In this document: positions 31,189 through 39,467 of the stretch, piece after piece
How positions within the stretch are numbered: position 1 is the stretch's first letter
Layout of the letters: the number at the start of each line of letters is the position of its first letter
From: Myxococcota bacterium
GTDB taxonomy: Bacteria; Myxococcota_A; UBA9160; SZUA-336
Assembly: GCA_040902485.1 (NCBI GenBank)
Contig: JBBDXF010000038.1
Coordinates: 229,134 to 293,133, forward strand
Direction: 5' to 3'
DNA: 64,000 nt
The notes under the pieces: generated by a model
Told to the model about the DNA's origin: nothing
The model's input: the letters and a program-made list of their open reading frames with translations, nothing else
Database searches by the model: none
Position numbers and translations under genes: made by a program

Positions 31189-33711
31189 ATGGCCGCTCGC
31201 TCGTCGGCTAAGGCACCTGACATCGGGCTGGATACGCTCGCGGAGCTCGCGCTCGACCTGCGCTGGTCGTGGGACCACAGTAGCGATGACCTGTGGGAGG
31301 AGATGGATCGCGAGCTCTGGTCCCTGACGCACAATCCCTGGGTGATCCTGCAGACGGTGTCGAGGACCCGACTCGACGAGCTGATCGCGCAGCCGCAGTT
31401 CCGCAACCACGTGCAGCGCTTGCGGGACGACCGGCGCGCGTACCTGGGCGCGAAGGCCTGGTTCCAGCAGCAGCATCCTCGGCCGCCCCTGCACAGGGTC
31501 GCGTACTTCAGCATGGAGTTCGGGCTCAGCGAGGCGCTGCCCATCTACTCCGGCGGGCTCGGCAACGTGGCGGGCGACCAGCTCAAGGCGGCCAGCGACC
31601 TCGGCGTTCCGGTCGCCGGCATCGGGCTCCTGTTCCAGCAAGGCTATTTCCGCCAGACCATCAGCGCCGATGGTCGCCAGGAAGCGCTCTACCCGCACAA
31701 CGATCCGGGCCAGCTTCCGATCACGCCGGTCCGCGATGCGAACGGCGAGTGGCTCCGCCTGGAGTTCCAGCTTCCCGGCTACAAGCTCTGGCTTCGCGCC
31801 TGGCAGGTGCAGGTCGGCCGACTCACTCTGTATCTGCTCGACAGCAACGACCCGGCGAACCCTCCGGCGATCCGCGGCGTCACGAGCGAGCTGTATGGCG
31901 GCGGGCCGGAGCAGCGCCTGCGGCAGGAGATGGTGCTTGGGATCGGCGGCTGGCGCCTGATGTGGGCCCTCGGCCTGGAGCCCGAGGTCTGCCACTTGAA
32001 CGAAGGGCATGCCGCGCTGGCGGTGCTCGAGCGCGCCCGCTGCTTCATGGAGCAGAGCGGACAGCCCTTCGACGTCGCGCTGGCGGTCACGCGCGCCGGC
32101 AATCTCTTCACGACGCACACCCCGGTGGCCGCGGGCTTCGATCGCTTCGATCCGGCCCTCGTCGAGCAGTACCTGCGCCGCTATGCCGAGCAGTCTCTCG
32201 GAATCAGCGTGACCGAGCTTCTCGCGCTCGGTCGCGAGAATCCCGCGGACGCGAGCGAGCCCTTCAACATGGCGTATCTCGCCGTCCGCGGGAGCGGCGC
32301 CGTGAACGGCGTGAGCCGGCTCCATGGCGCCGTGAGCCGCCGGATCTTCCAGAACCTGTTTCCCCGCTGGCCCGAGCTCGAGGTGCCGGTCGGCCACGTG
32401 ACCAACGGCGTCCACACGCCGACGTGGGACTCACCAGAGGCGGATGCGCTCTGGACCACGGCGTGTGGCCGCGAACGGTGGCGCGGCGCGCTCGAAACGG
32501 TCGAGCGCGACATCCGTTGCGCGTCCGACGCCGAGCTGTGGGAGATGCGCGGGAAAGCGCGCGCACACCTGGTCGCCTACGCGCGAGAACGCGTCGCTCA
32601 GCAGCTCGCGTCGCTCGGTGCCCCGTCGCCGCGCGTGCCGGCGATGCACGAGTGCCTCGATCCCGAAGCGCTCACGCTCGTTTTCGCGCGCCGCTTCGCG
32701 ACGTACAAGCGCCCGACGCTGCTGCTCCACGACCCCGAGCGGCTGGTGCGGATCCTCGGCAACCGAGAGCGGCCGGTGCAGCTCATCATCGCCGGCAAGG
32801 CGCACCCTGCCGACGAGGCGGGTCAGGCGATGATCCGGGAGTGGTTCCACTTCATCCGGCGCCCCGAGGTTCGCGGGCGCGCGATCTTCATCCCCGACTA
32901 CGATCTGCTCCTGGCCGAACATCTCGTGCAAGGCGCCGACGTCTGGATCAATACGCCGCGCCGCCCGTGGGAGGCGAGCGGAACGAGCGGCATGAAGGTG
33001 CTGGTCAACGGCGGCCTCAATCTGTCGGAGCTCGACGGCTGGTGGGCGGAGGCCTACACGCCCGAAGTCGGCTGGGCCCTGGGGGATGGCCGCGAGCACG
33101 GTGACGACCCGGCGTGGGACGCGCTGGAGGCGCAAGCGCTCTACGCGTTGCTCGAGCGCGAGATCGTGCCCGCGTTCTTCGACCGCGACGCGCAGGGAAT
33201 TCCTCGACACTGGGTCGAGCGTGTTCGCGAGAGCATGGCGCGACTCACGCCCCGCTTCTCGGCCAACCGTGTCGTCCGCGAGTACACCGAGAAGCACTAC
33301 CTGCCGGCGGGGCTCGCCTATCGCGCGCGCGCGGCGGAGAAGGGTGCGATCGGCGCGGGCGTACGCGCTTGGCAGCAGCAGCTCGCACAGCACTGGACCG
33401 AGGCGCGCTTCGGCGCGGTGTCCGTCGAGACGCGTGGCGACCTGCATCACTTCGCAGTCGAGGTCTATCTCGGGGGTCTCGATAAAGGCTCGGTCCGCGT
33501 CGAGCTCTACGCCAGTCCGCTCGACGAGGGGGACCCGGTCCAGCGCGCGCTGGCGCACTTCCGGGATCTCGAGGGACCCGGCAGCGCGTGCGAGTACGTC
33601 GGCCAGGCGCCGGCAGCGCGCCCCGCCTCCGATTACACGCCGCGGCTCGTTCCTCATCACGAGGCAGCGATCGTCCCGCTCGAGGCGCCCTGGATCCTCT
33701 GGCAGCGCTGA
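31189..33711 (+). CDS. glgP: alpha-glucan (glycogen/maltodextrin) phosphorylase, GlgP/DUF3417-type
   Basis: MAARSSAKAPDIGLDTLAELALDLRWSWDHSSDDLWEEMDRELW...VAYFSMEFGLSEALPIYSGGLGNVAGDQLKAASDLGVPVAGIGLLFQQGYF. AGGAGG RBS. The 1717-aa track ORF is an upstream over-extension. Confidence 0.9.
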   Translation: MAARSSAKAPDIGLDTLAELALDLRWSWDHSSDDLWEEMDRELWSLTHNPWVILQTVSRTRLDELIAQPQFRNHVQRLRDDRRAYLGAKAWFQQQHPRPPLHRVAYFSMEFGLSEALPIYSGGLGNVAGDQLKAASDLGVPVAGIGLLFQQGYFRQTISADGRQEALYPHNDPGQLPITPVRDANGEWLRLEFQLPGYKLWLRAWQVQVGRLTLYLLDSNDPANPPAIRGVTSELYGGGPEQRLRQEMVLGIGGWRLMWALGLEPEVCHLNEGHAALAVLERARCFMEQSGQPFDVALAVTRAGNLFTTHTPVAAGFDRFDPALVEQYLRRYAEQSLGISVTELLALGRENPADASEPFNMAYLAVRGSGAVNGVSRLHGAVSRRIFQNLFPRWPELEVPVGHVTNGVHTPTWDSPEADALWTTACGRERWRGALETVERDIRCASDAELWEMRGKARAHLVAYARERVAQQLASLGAPSPRVPAMHECLDPEALTLVFARRFATYKRPTLLLHDPERLVRILGNRERPVQLIIAGKAHPADEAGQAMIREWFHFIRRPEVRGRAIFIPDYDLLLAEHLVQGADVWINTPRRPWEASGTSGMKVLVNGGLNLSELDGWWAEAYTPEVGWALGDGREHGDDPAWDALEAQALYALLEREIVPAFFDRDAQGIPRHWVERVRESMARLTPRFSANRVVREYTEKHYLPAGLAYRARAAEKGAIGAGVRAWQQQLAQHWTEARFGAVSVETRGDLHHFAVEVYLGGLDKGSVRVELYASPLDEGDPVQRALAHFRDLEGPGSACEYVGQAPAARPASDYTPRLVPHHEAAIVPLEAPWILWQR

Positions 33712-33723
33712 GCGCGAAAAACG

Positions 33724-33752
33724 GGCCCCGGAAGAGGGGTTTCCGGGGCCCG
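33724..33752. terminator. GC-rich hairpin between convergent glgP and small peptide A
   Basis: GGGCCCCGGAA-gagggg-TTTCCGGGGCCC. The stem sequence closely matches the hairpin after groEL. Confidence 0.5.
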
Positions 33753-33811
33753 TCGAGATCCGCGTCGGTTGGGGAGGGAGTCCCTGCCGGCGCGGACGGA
33801 TCTGAGATCGC

Positions 33812-33907
33812 CTACGAGAGTCCGAGGACCTGCAGCACGTACAAGCCGTGCATGACCATCCAGCCGCCCATCATCGTCCCGAACGCGACGTTTTCGAAGG
33901 TGCTCAT
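33812..33907 (-). CDS. small hydrophobic Met/His/Trp-rich peptide (31 aa), paralogue A
   Basis: MSTFENVAFGTMMGGWMVMHGLYVLQVLGLS. GAGGAGA RBS 5 nt upstream of the ATG. It is the paralogue of the 34-aa peptide at 34487..34591 and is below the track's length cutoff. Confidence 0.5.
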   Translation of the reverse strand: MSTFENVAFGTMMGGWMVMHGLYVLQVLGLS

Positions 33908-33983
33908 CGTCGTCTCCTCGGTGTCGGGTTCTCGCGTACGACGACAACATCGCGCTGCCCCCGGGGGCCAGCTGTGAAGCATT

Positions 33984-34436
33984 TCACTCTGCCGAGACGA
34001 TTTTCAGCGCGCGGTAGGGCTCGACCCGATGCAGCTGGTAGTTCAGCGTGGAGCCGATCTCCCGGCCGTCGCGGTCGAGCAGGCGAATCGTCTCGGCGTC
34101 GACCACGCGGAACACGCGCGGCGGCTCCCGGTCGCCGCGCAGGACCACGCGATCGCTGTCGGTCGCCAGCGTGAACGTGCCCATGGCCTCGTGGGTCGCG
34201 TGCTCGCCCTTTTCCAGGTACGTGCTGCGCATGAACCAGGCCCCGTTCGCGCGCAGGTCGAGCTCCGTACGGATGCCCGCGCAGTCCGCGCAGGGAAGCT
34301 CGCCGGTGAAGGCCGCGGGTGGCCGGATCAGGGTGGCGGCGATGGGGGGCTCGCGTTGCCACAGGGCGCAGGCGCCCAGCGCCAGCCCCAAGGCGAGCAG
34401 CCGGCACGTGATCGCCGTTCGATTCGTGGATTCCAA
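33984..34436 (-). CDS. lipoprotein with NlpE N-terminal-like domain
   Basis: Lipobox LALGACA. GELPCADCAGIRTELDLRANGAWFMRSTY matches the NlpE N-domain (CxDCxGI) signature. Confidence 0.7.
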   Translation of the reverse strand: MESTNRTAITCRLLALGLALGACALWQREPPIAATLIRPPAAFTGELPCADCAGIRTELDLRANGAWFMRSTYLEKGEHATHEAMGTFTLATDSDRVVLRGDREPPRVFRVVDAETIRLLDRDGREIGSTLNYQLHRVEPYRALKIVSAE

Positions 34437-34442
34437 AAGAGA

Positions 34443-34475
34443 CGGCCCCCGTAGACTCGGAGTCTACGGGGGCCG
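34443..34475. terminator. perfect GC-rich hairpin between small peptide B and the NlpE-like gene
   Basis: CGGCCCCCGTAGACTC-gga-GTCTACGGGGGCCG. Confidence 0.5.
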
Positions 34476-34486
34476 GACCGAAGCGA

Positions 34487-34591
34487 CTACGCGAGACCGA
34501 TGCCCCTCAGCACCTGCAGCATGTGCATCCCGTGCAGCATCATCCAGCTAGCCAGCATCAGCGACAGCATCCGATTCCGGAAGGTGCTCAT
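34487..34591 (-). CDS. small hydrophobic Met/His/Trp-rich peptide (34 aa), paralogue B
   Basis: MSTFRNRMLSLMLASWMMLHGMHMLQVLRGIGLA. GAGGAGA RBS 5 nt upstream. Shares MSTF-x-N...W-M-x-[ML]-H-G-[ML]-[HY]-x-L-Q-V-L with paralogue A. Confidence 0.5.
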   Translation of the reverse strand: MSTFRNRMLSLMLASWMMLHGMHMLQVLRGIGLA

Positions 34592-34689
34592 CGTGGTCTC
34601 CTCGATCGTGGTCCATCGACCACGACCGGAGCATCGCTCGCCGCCGTCGGCCGGGCCGTGAAGGTTTTCACTGGCGGATGGCGATTTTT

Positions 34690-35175
34690 TCAGTCGGCCG
34701 CGCGGCCCTGGAACGTGGCCAGGAGCGCTCCGGAAGCGTCGCGGAGCTCGAGCCGGTGGCCCTCGATGCGCAGCGACGTCGTCTGGCCGAGCGCGCTGCC
34801 GAGCGCGTCCTCGACCGGCATGCCCTCGGCGCAGAACATGCGCGTACCGGCGATCGGGCCGAAGTGGAGCTCGTCGCCCTTGCGCTCGTAGCTGCCCGCC
34901 AGACGGTTGCAGCCGCCCGAGCCGCTGACGCGCCCGGGCGGCTCGCCGAACAGCAGGAACGCCTCGGTCTGCGTCTTTGCGATCGGCGCCGCGGCCGCGC
35001 CGAGCGCCGTCAGGGTCCAGCGCGTGCGCTCGAGCCCGAGCGATGTCGCGGCCGAACGCGTGTCCGCGGCGGCGCAGGCGAGCGCGAGGCAGCCGAGCGC
35101 GAGCGAGCCGAATCCTGCGCGGAGCTTCGCTCGATCCATCGTCATGTCGCCGCTCTCCTGTCGCCTCTCGATCAT
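34690..35175 (-). CDS. lipoprotein with META/HslJ-like (DUF306) domain
   Basis: Lipobox LALGCLALACAA. ...GSGGCNRLAGSYERKGDELHFGPIAGTRMFC... is typical of the HslJ/META domain. Confidence 0.7.
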   Translation of the reverse strand: MIERRQESGDMTMDRAKLRAGFGSLALGCLALACAAADTRSAATSLGLERTRWTLTALGAAAAPIAKTQTEAFLLFGEPPGRVSGSGGCNRLAGSYERKGDELHFGPIAGTRMFCAEGMPVEDALGSALGQTTSLRIEGHRLELRDASGALLATFQGRAAD

Positions 35176-35295
35176 GCGAAGTGGATTGACGGACGTCGCG
35201 ATGGTGGATCACGCTACGCGGCATGTCGACCGACGTCGCCGTGCAGGCTTGAGCCGAGTGTGCCCCGAAAACGCCGCCCGCTGCCGCACGAGACG

Positions 35296-36285
35296 ATGCG
35301 CTCGATGCTCGCGATGTACTTCATCTCGCAGATGCTGTTCAGCGTCGCGAAGCTCGGCGTGGCCGACGCGCTGGCCGAGAAGCCGCTCGCGCCCGACGCG
35401 CTCGCGAAGCGCGTGGGCGCGCACGCACCGTTCCTGCGCCGCGTGCTGCGCGCGCTCGCGAGCGTGGGCGTGTTCGCGGAGGATTCGCGCGGCCGCTTCC
35501 GCCTGACGCCGATCGGTCAGACGCTGCGCGCCGATCGGCCCGGCTCGCTGCGCGACTTCGCGCTGATGCTGCCCGACGACTACAACTGGCAGGCGTTTGG
35601 CGCCCTGCCCTTCGCGCTCGAGGCCGGTGGGAGCGCGTTCGAGCACGTGCACGGCATGCCGACCTTCGACTACCTGAAGCAGCACCCCGAGAAGGAGCTC
35701 GCGTTCGCGGCCTCGATGGCGAGCATCTCCGACACCGACAACGCGGCGATCGCGCGCGCCTACGCGTTCGGCCGCTTCGCGAAGCTCGTCGACGTGGGCG
35801 GCGCGCACGGCCACCTGCTCGCCACGATCCTCCGCCGGCACAAGAAGCTGAACGGCGTGCTGTACGACCAGCCGCAAGTGGTCGGGGGCGCGAAGGCGTC
35901 CGGCTTCGTCGACGCGGCCGACGTGCGCGAGCGCATCGAACTCGCCGGCGGGAGCTTCTTCGAGTCCGTTCCGTCCGGCGCCGACGGCTACCTGATGAAG
36001 TACATCATCCACGACTGGGACGACGAGAAGGCGATGCGCATCCTCGGCCAGTGCCGCGACGCGATGACGCCGGAGGGGCGGGTGCTGGTCGTCGACCACG
36101 TGATCCCGCAGGGCAACTCCCCGGACTGGGGCAAGCTGCTCGACGTGATGATGATGGTCGGTCCCGGCGGCCAGGAGCGCACCCGCGAGGAGTTCCGCGC
36201 GCTGTTCGCGCGCGTCGGCCTGCGACTCGCGCGGGTGATCCCGACCGCGTGCCCGCTCTCGATCCTCGAGGCCGTGCGCGCCTGA
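35296..36285 (+). CDS. SAM-dependent O-methyltransferase (class I, COMT-like with dimerisation domain)
   Basis: ...LVDVGGAHGHLLATILRRH...YLMKYIIHDWDDEKAMRILGQCRDAM...VLVVDHVIP. ATG start; an upstream GTG alternative exists at ~35260. Confidence 0.8.
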   Translation: MRSMLAMYFISQMLFSVAKLGVADALAEKPLAPDALAKRVGAHAPFLRRVLRALASVGVFAEDSRGRFRLTPIGQTLRADRPGSLRDFALMLPDDYNWQAFGALPFALEAGGSAFEHVHGMPTFDYLKQHPEKELAFAASMASISDTDNAAIARAYAFGRFAKLVDVGGAHGHLLATILRRHKKLNGVLYDQPQVVGGAKASGFVDAADVRERIELAGGSFFESVPSGADGYLMKYIIHDWDDEKAMRILGQCRDAMTPEGRVLVVDHVIPQGNSPDWGKLLDVMMMVGPGGQERTREEFRALFARVGLRLARVIPTACPLSILEAVRA

Positions 36286-36810
36286 CTACTCGGCCTTGGC
36301 GGGCTCCTCGGCGGGCGGGGTCGCGGTCGCAGGCTGGAGCGCGGCGACCAGCTCCTCCGCGGTCGTCGGATACGAGATGGCGGTGACGCGGAGCTTGTCG
36401 AGCACGAGCACGGTCGGATAGGTCGCGCCGCCGGGAATGTCCGCGGTCTTCACGCCCTCGTCGTCGACCAAGAGCTTGTAGGGCCGGCGCCGCATGGCGG
36501 GCATCGCGAACAGGGTGCGGATGATTGCCGGCATGCCCTTCACGTCGACCACGTACACAGCGGAGTTTCGGTCGAAGAGGTCCGGACCCGCCTGCTCGAC
36601 GGCAGCCTTCACGACGTCCCCGGCCTTCATGTCGCGGCTGAACACCAGCGCGCGCACCGAGTCGTCGATCGTGCGCGCCTCGCCGTGCTGATCGGGCAGC
36701 TCGATCTTCGGCAGCGTGCTGCCCACGGCGTACGGCTCGGCGAGCGCAAGGGGCGCTGCGGAGAGGATGGCCGCGGCGACGGCGAGCGCGAAGGCGAGTG
36801 GGGTTCGCAT
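36286..36810 (-). CDS. secreted hypothetical protein
   Basis: Signal peptide MRTPLAFALAVAAAILSAAPLALA. No recognisable family. Confidence 0.5.
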   Translation of the reverse strand: MRTPLAFALAVAAAILSAAPLALAEPYAVGSTLPKIELPDQHGEARTIDDSVRALVFSRDMKAGDVVKAAVEQAGPDLFDRNSAVYVVDVKGMPAIIRTLFAMPAMRRRPYKLLVDDEGVKTADIPGGATYPTVLVLDKLRVTAISYPTTAEELVAALQPATATPPAEEPAKAE

Positions 36811-36836
36811 GCTCGGGTAGTAGTACACGCTCCGCG

Positions 36837-37805
36837 CTAGGGCGTCAGGATCACCTTGCCGGTGGTCGCGCGACCCTCGAGCGCGCGGTGCGCGGAGGCC
36901 GCGTCCGCGAGCGCGAAGCGCGCGCCGATCCTCACGTCGAGCTTGCGGGCCGCGATCGCGGCAAGCACCTCGCCGGCGCGCAGCTCGAGCTCCGCGCGAT
37001 CCGCGGTGTAGTGCGCGAGCGAGGGCCGCGTGATGTAGAGCGAGCCCAGGTCGTTCAGCTTGCGCAGCTCGAACGGCGGCACCGGCCCGCTCGCCTGTCC
37101 GTACAGCACGAGCATCCCGCGCGGCCGCAAGCTGCGCAGGCTGCCGTCGAAGGTGCTCTGGCCGACGCCGTCGTACACCACCTCGACCCCGCGCCCGTTC
37201 GTGAGCGCGCGAACCTGCTCCGCGAAATCGCCCTCCGTGTAGCGGATCACGTGCGCCGCCCCGGCCTCGCGCGCGAGCTTCTCCTTGTCCGCCGTCGAGC
37301 AGGTCGCGATCACGGTCGCCCCGAGCTCGCGCAGCATCTGCACCAGCAGGAGCCCCACCCCGCCCGCCGCCGCGTGAACCAGCGCGGTGTCACCGCGCTT
37401 CACCGCGTACGTCGACCGGCACAGGTAGTGCGCGGTCATGCCCTGCAGCATCGCGGCCGCGGCCACGTCGTCGCCGATCCCCGCGGGCACGCGCACCACG
37501 CGCTCCACCGGCGCGACCACCGCCTGCGCGTACGAGTTCGGCACCGACGACCACGCGACGTGGTCGCCGACTGCGAGCGTCGTCACGCCCGGCCCGAGCG
37601 CTTCGACCACGCCGGCCCCCTCGAGCCCCGCCACGAACGGCAGCGGCCTCGGGTACAGCCCGGTGCGGAAGTACACGTCGATGTAGTTGACCCCGACCGC
37701 GCCCACCCGCACGCGAACCTGCCCCACCCCGGGCGCGCCCGGATCGTGGTCCCGCAGCTCGAGCACCTCGGGTCCGCCGGTCTTGGAGATGAGGATGGCC
37801 TTCAT
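36837..37805 (-). CDS. qor: NADPH:quinone oxidoreductase (zinc-type ADH/MDR superfamily)
   Basis: MKAILISKTGGPEVLELRDHDPGAPGVGQVRVRVGAVGVNYIDVYFRTGLYP...AAGGVGLLLVQM. Confidence 0.85.
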   Translation of the reverse strand: MKAILISKTGGPEVLELRDHDPGAPGVGQVRVRVGAVGVNYIDVYFRTGLYPRPLPFVAGLEGAGVVEALGPGVTTLAVGDHVAWSSVPNSYAQAVVAPVERVVRVPAGIGDDVAAAAMLQGMTAHYLCRSTYAVKRGDTALVHAAAGGVGLLLVQMLRELGATVIATCSTADKEKLAREAGAAHVIRYTEGDFAEQVRALTNGRGVEVVYDGVGQSTFDGSLRSLRPRGMLVLYGQASGPVPPFELRKLNDLGSLYITRPSLAHYTADRAELELRAGEVLAAIAARKLDVRIGARFALADAASAHRALEGRATTGKVILTP

Positions 37806-38067
37806 GGCCGTGGATCGTACACCGACGAGGCGGCCGTCGTGAGCGGACGCCAGAACCAGCCGATCGCGGATCGGGTTCACTTGCGCGGATCGGTGAAAGT
37901 TGGGCGGCTCTCGATCCTTCCATAAGTGCGCGGCCGGACGACCCTTTCAGTCGCGCCTTTGCCGGATGCGCGCGACGCCGAACGGTGTTCCCAAGATAAT
38001 CCCAAGATGGCCGCGGCCGACTCGCGCAGACTGAGCTCCGCTTTAAGTCACTGTTGGAGGACGATCC

Positions 38068-38754
38068 ATGCGCACGTTTCTGCTCTCGAGTCTCGCTCTG
38101 GTCACGATGTCTCTTGGGGCTGCGGCTGATCAGCCTGTCCCGGTCGAGGAGTCGTCGCCGTGCACAACGACCGAAGGGGAAATGCTCTCGGCAAGCAGAG
38201 AGCGGGTCTTGCAGTGCTGGAGCGCGTGGAAACAGAAGTGGCCGACGGACGAGGCAGGCCAGAAACTCCGCGACCAGCTCCTGGACAAGCTCTTTCTCGA
38301 GCAGCCGGCTCTATCGGCGATCGCCACGTTCTTCGTCGAGAGTTTGAAGCTCAGCGCCGATGGAGGCGTTGCGAACATGACGGGTCGGAACGGAGGTCCA
38401 GGGCAGGATTCCAACACACCTGCTCGCTTCGACCACACTGAATGGGTCTACAGCTTGAAGCTCGGGTGGAAGGACAAGCCGATTCTCAAGGACTTCTATC
38501 TACTCACGGGCAATGAAGCGAGCCTCGACAAGTACAGGGCGATGGCGCGACGCAAGAGCGCATGGCGTTGGGCGCTTCTCGATGCGGTCACCGTGAACGC
38601 CTCATACTCGTTCGGGAGCACGATCACTGACCCGGATGGAGACGACAACTTCACGACCAAGGCCAAAGGTGGCTACGAGGTCAAGGCCGCATACACCCTT
38701 CCAATCGAGAGTCTGCTCGAGGGATCGCACTTCGCCGCCCCGCTCCGCGACTAG
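38068..38754 (+). CDS. secreted hypothetical protein encoded by a compositionally atypical (lower-GC) gene
   Basis: Signal peptide MRTFLLSSLALVTMSLGAAA. GGAGGA RBS. GC ~58–60% against ~70% in the flanks, with many A/T-ending codons. No family recognised. Confidence 0.6.
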   Translation: MRTFLLSSLALVTMSLGAAADQPVPVEESSPCTTTEGEMLSASRERVLQCWSAWKQKWPTDEAGQKLRDQLLDKLFLEQPALSAIATFFVESLKLSADGGVANMTGRNGGPGQDSNTPARFDHTEWVYSLKLGWKDKPILKDFYLLTGNEASLDKYRAMARRKSAWRWALLDAVTVNASYSFGSTITDPDGDDNFTTKAKGGYEVKAAYTLPIESLLEGSHFAAPLRD

Positions 38755-38789
38755 CCGCGAACGAGGCTCAGGACTCGAGCGGAGCCGAG

Positions 38790-39230
38790 CTATCGCGCAC
38801 GCATGAGCTGCCCGCGGATCTCGCCGGGTTGGTGCATGGCAGTGTGGATGTTCAGGTACCACAGACCCGCCTCGAGGTCGGCGGCCTGCGGCGCAGTGAG
38901 TGTCGCCTCGCCCGTCATCGGGCTCGCCAGGTTGGAGAGCGTGATCACCGGACCCGCATTCACTCCCGGCTTCGCCGGACCATGAAGGTGGGCCGCGGTC
39001 GGAGCGCCGCTCAGCCCGGAGTAGGTCACGGTCCACGAGAGCTTCTTCGAGCTAGTGTCGTACTTCGCCTCGATCATGCCGGTGCCCTTGCTGTCGTTCG
39101 GCGGGACCTCGCTCGCACCGTCGAGCGCGGCCTTGTACGTGACCGTCTCGGCACTTGCAGGGGCTCCCGCCGCGAGCAGGACGGCGGCGGTCAAGGCGGC
39201 GAGGGCGACTCTGGTGGGAAGTCTGCGCAT
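38790..39230 (-). CDS. secreted CHRD-domain protein
   Basis: Signal peptide MRRLPTRVALAALTAAVLLAAGAPASA. ...SEVPPNDSKGTGMIEAKYDTSSKKLSWTVTYSGLSGAPTAAHLHGPAKPGVNAGPV... matches CHRD. AGGAGG RBS. Confidence 0.75.
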   Translation of the reverse strand: MRRLPTRVALAALTAAVLLAAGAPASAETVTYKAALDGASEVPPNDSKGTGMIEAKYDTSSKKLSWTVTYSGLSGAPTAAHLHGPAKPGVNAGPVITLSNLASPMTGEATLTAPQAADLEAGLWYLNIHTAMHQPGEIRGQLMRAR

Positions 39231-39347
39231 GGCTGGATCCTCCTGCGGGATCGACTTGCAGAATTCGCGCCCGGTCGCGGGCACGGCTCGGCGCGGCGGC
39301 GGGCACTCGCGTTGAAGATTGTGCGAATTGCGCACGCCGCGCGGTTT

Positions 39348-39421
39348 TCGGGGCGGCCGGATTCGAACCGGCGACCTTCTGCTCCCAAAGCAGACGCGCT
39401 ACCGAGCTGCGCTACGCCCCG
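39348..39421 (-). tRNA. tRNA-Pro (anticodon TGG)
   Basis: The reverse complement folds as CGGGGCG/TA/GCGC-AGCTCGGTA-GCGC/G/TCTGC-TTTGGGA-GCAGA/AGGTC/GCCGG-TTCGAAT-CCGGC/CGCCCCG-A. Anticodon TGG. CCA is not encoded. Confidence 0.9.
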
Positions 39422-39467
39422 GTGGGAGATCGAGCGAACGATCGCGAACGATCGGACGAAGCGGAGG

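Noticed and set aside
28558-33711. A 1717-aa ORF, and the 51183..55043 minus-strand 1286-aa ORF.
   Set aside because: These are over-extensions through the antisense of xfp and ileS respectively. The real genes are glgP from 31189 (AGGAGG RBS, MAARSS...) and a ~198-aa TetR regulator at 51183..51779.
37806-39347. A genomic island integrated at tRNA-Pro.
   Set aside because: The compositional dip is real, but there is no integrase and no direct repeat of the tRNA 3' end within the flank. It is reported only as a possible small or decayed islet, not as a mobile element.
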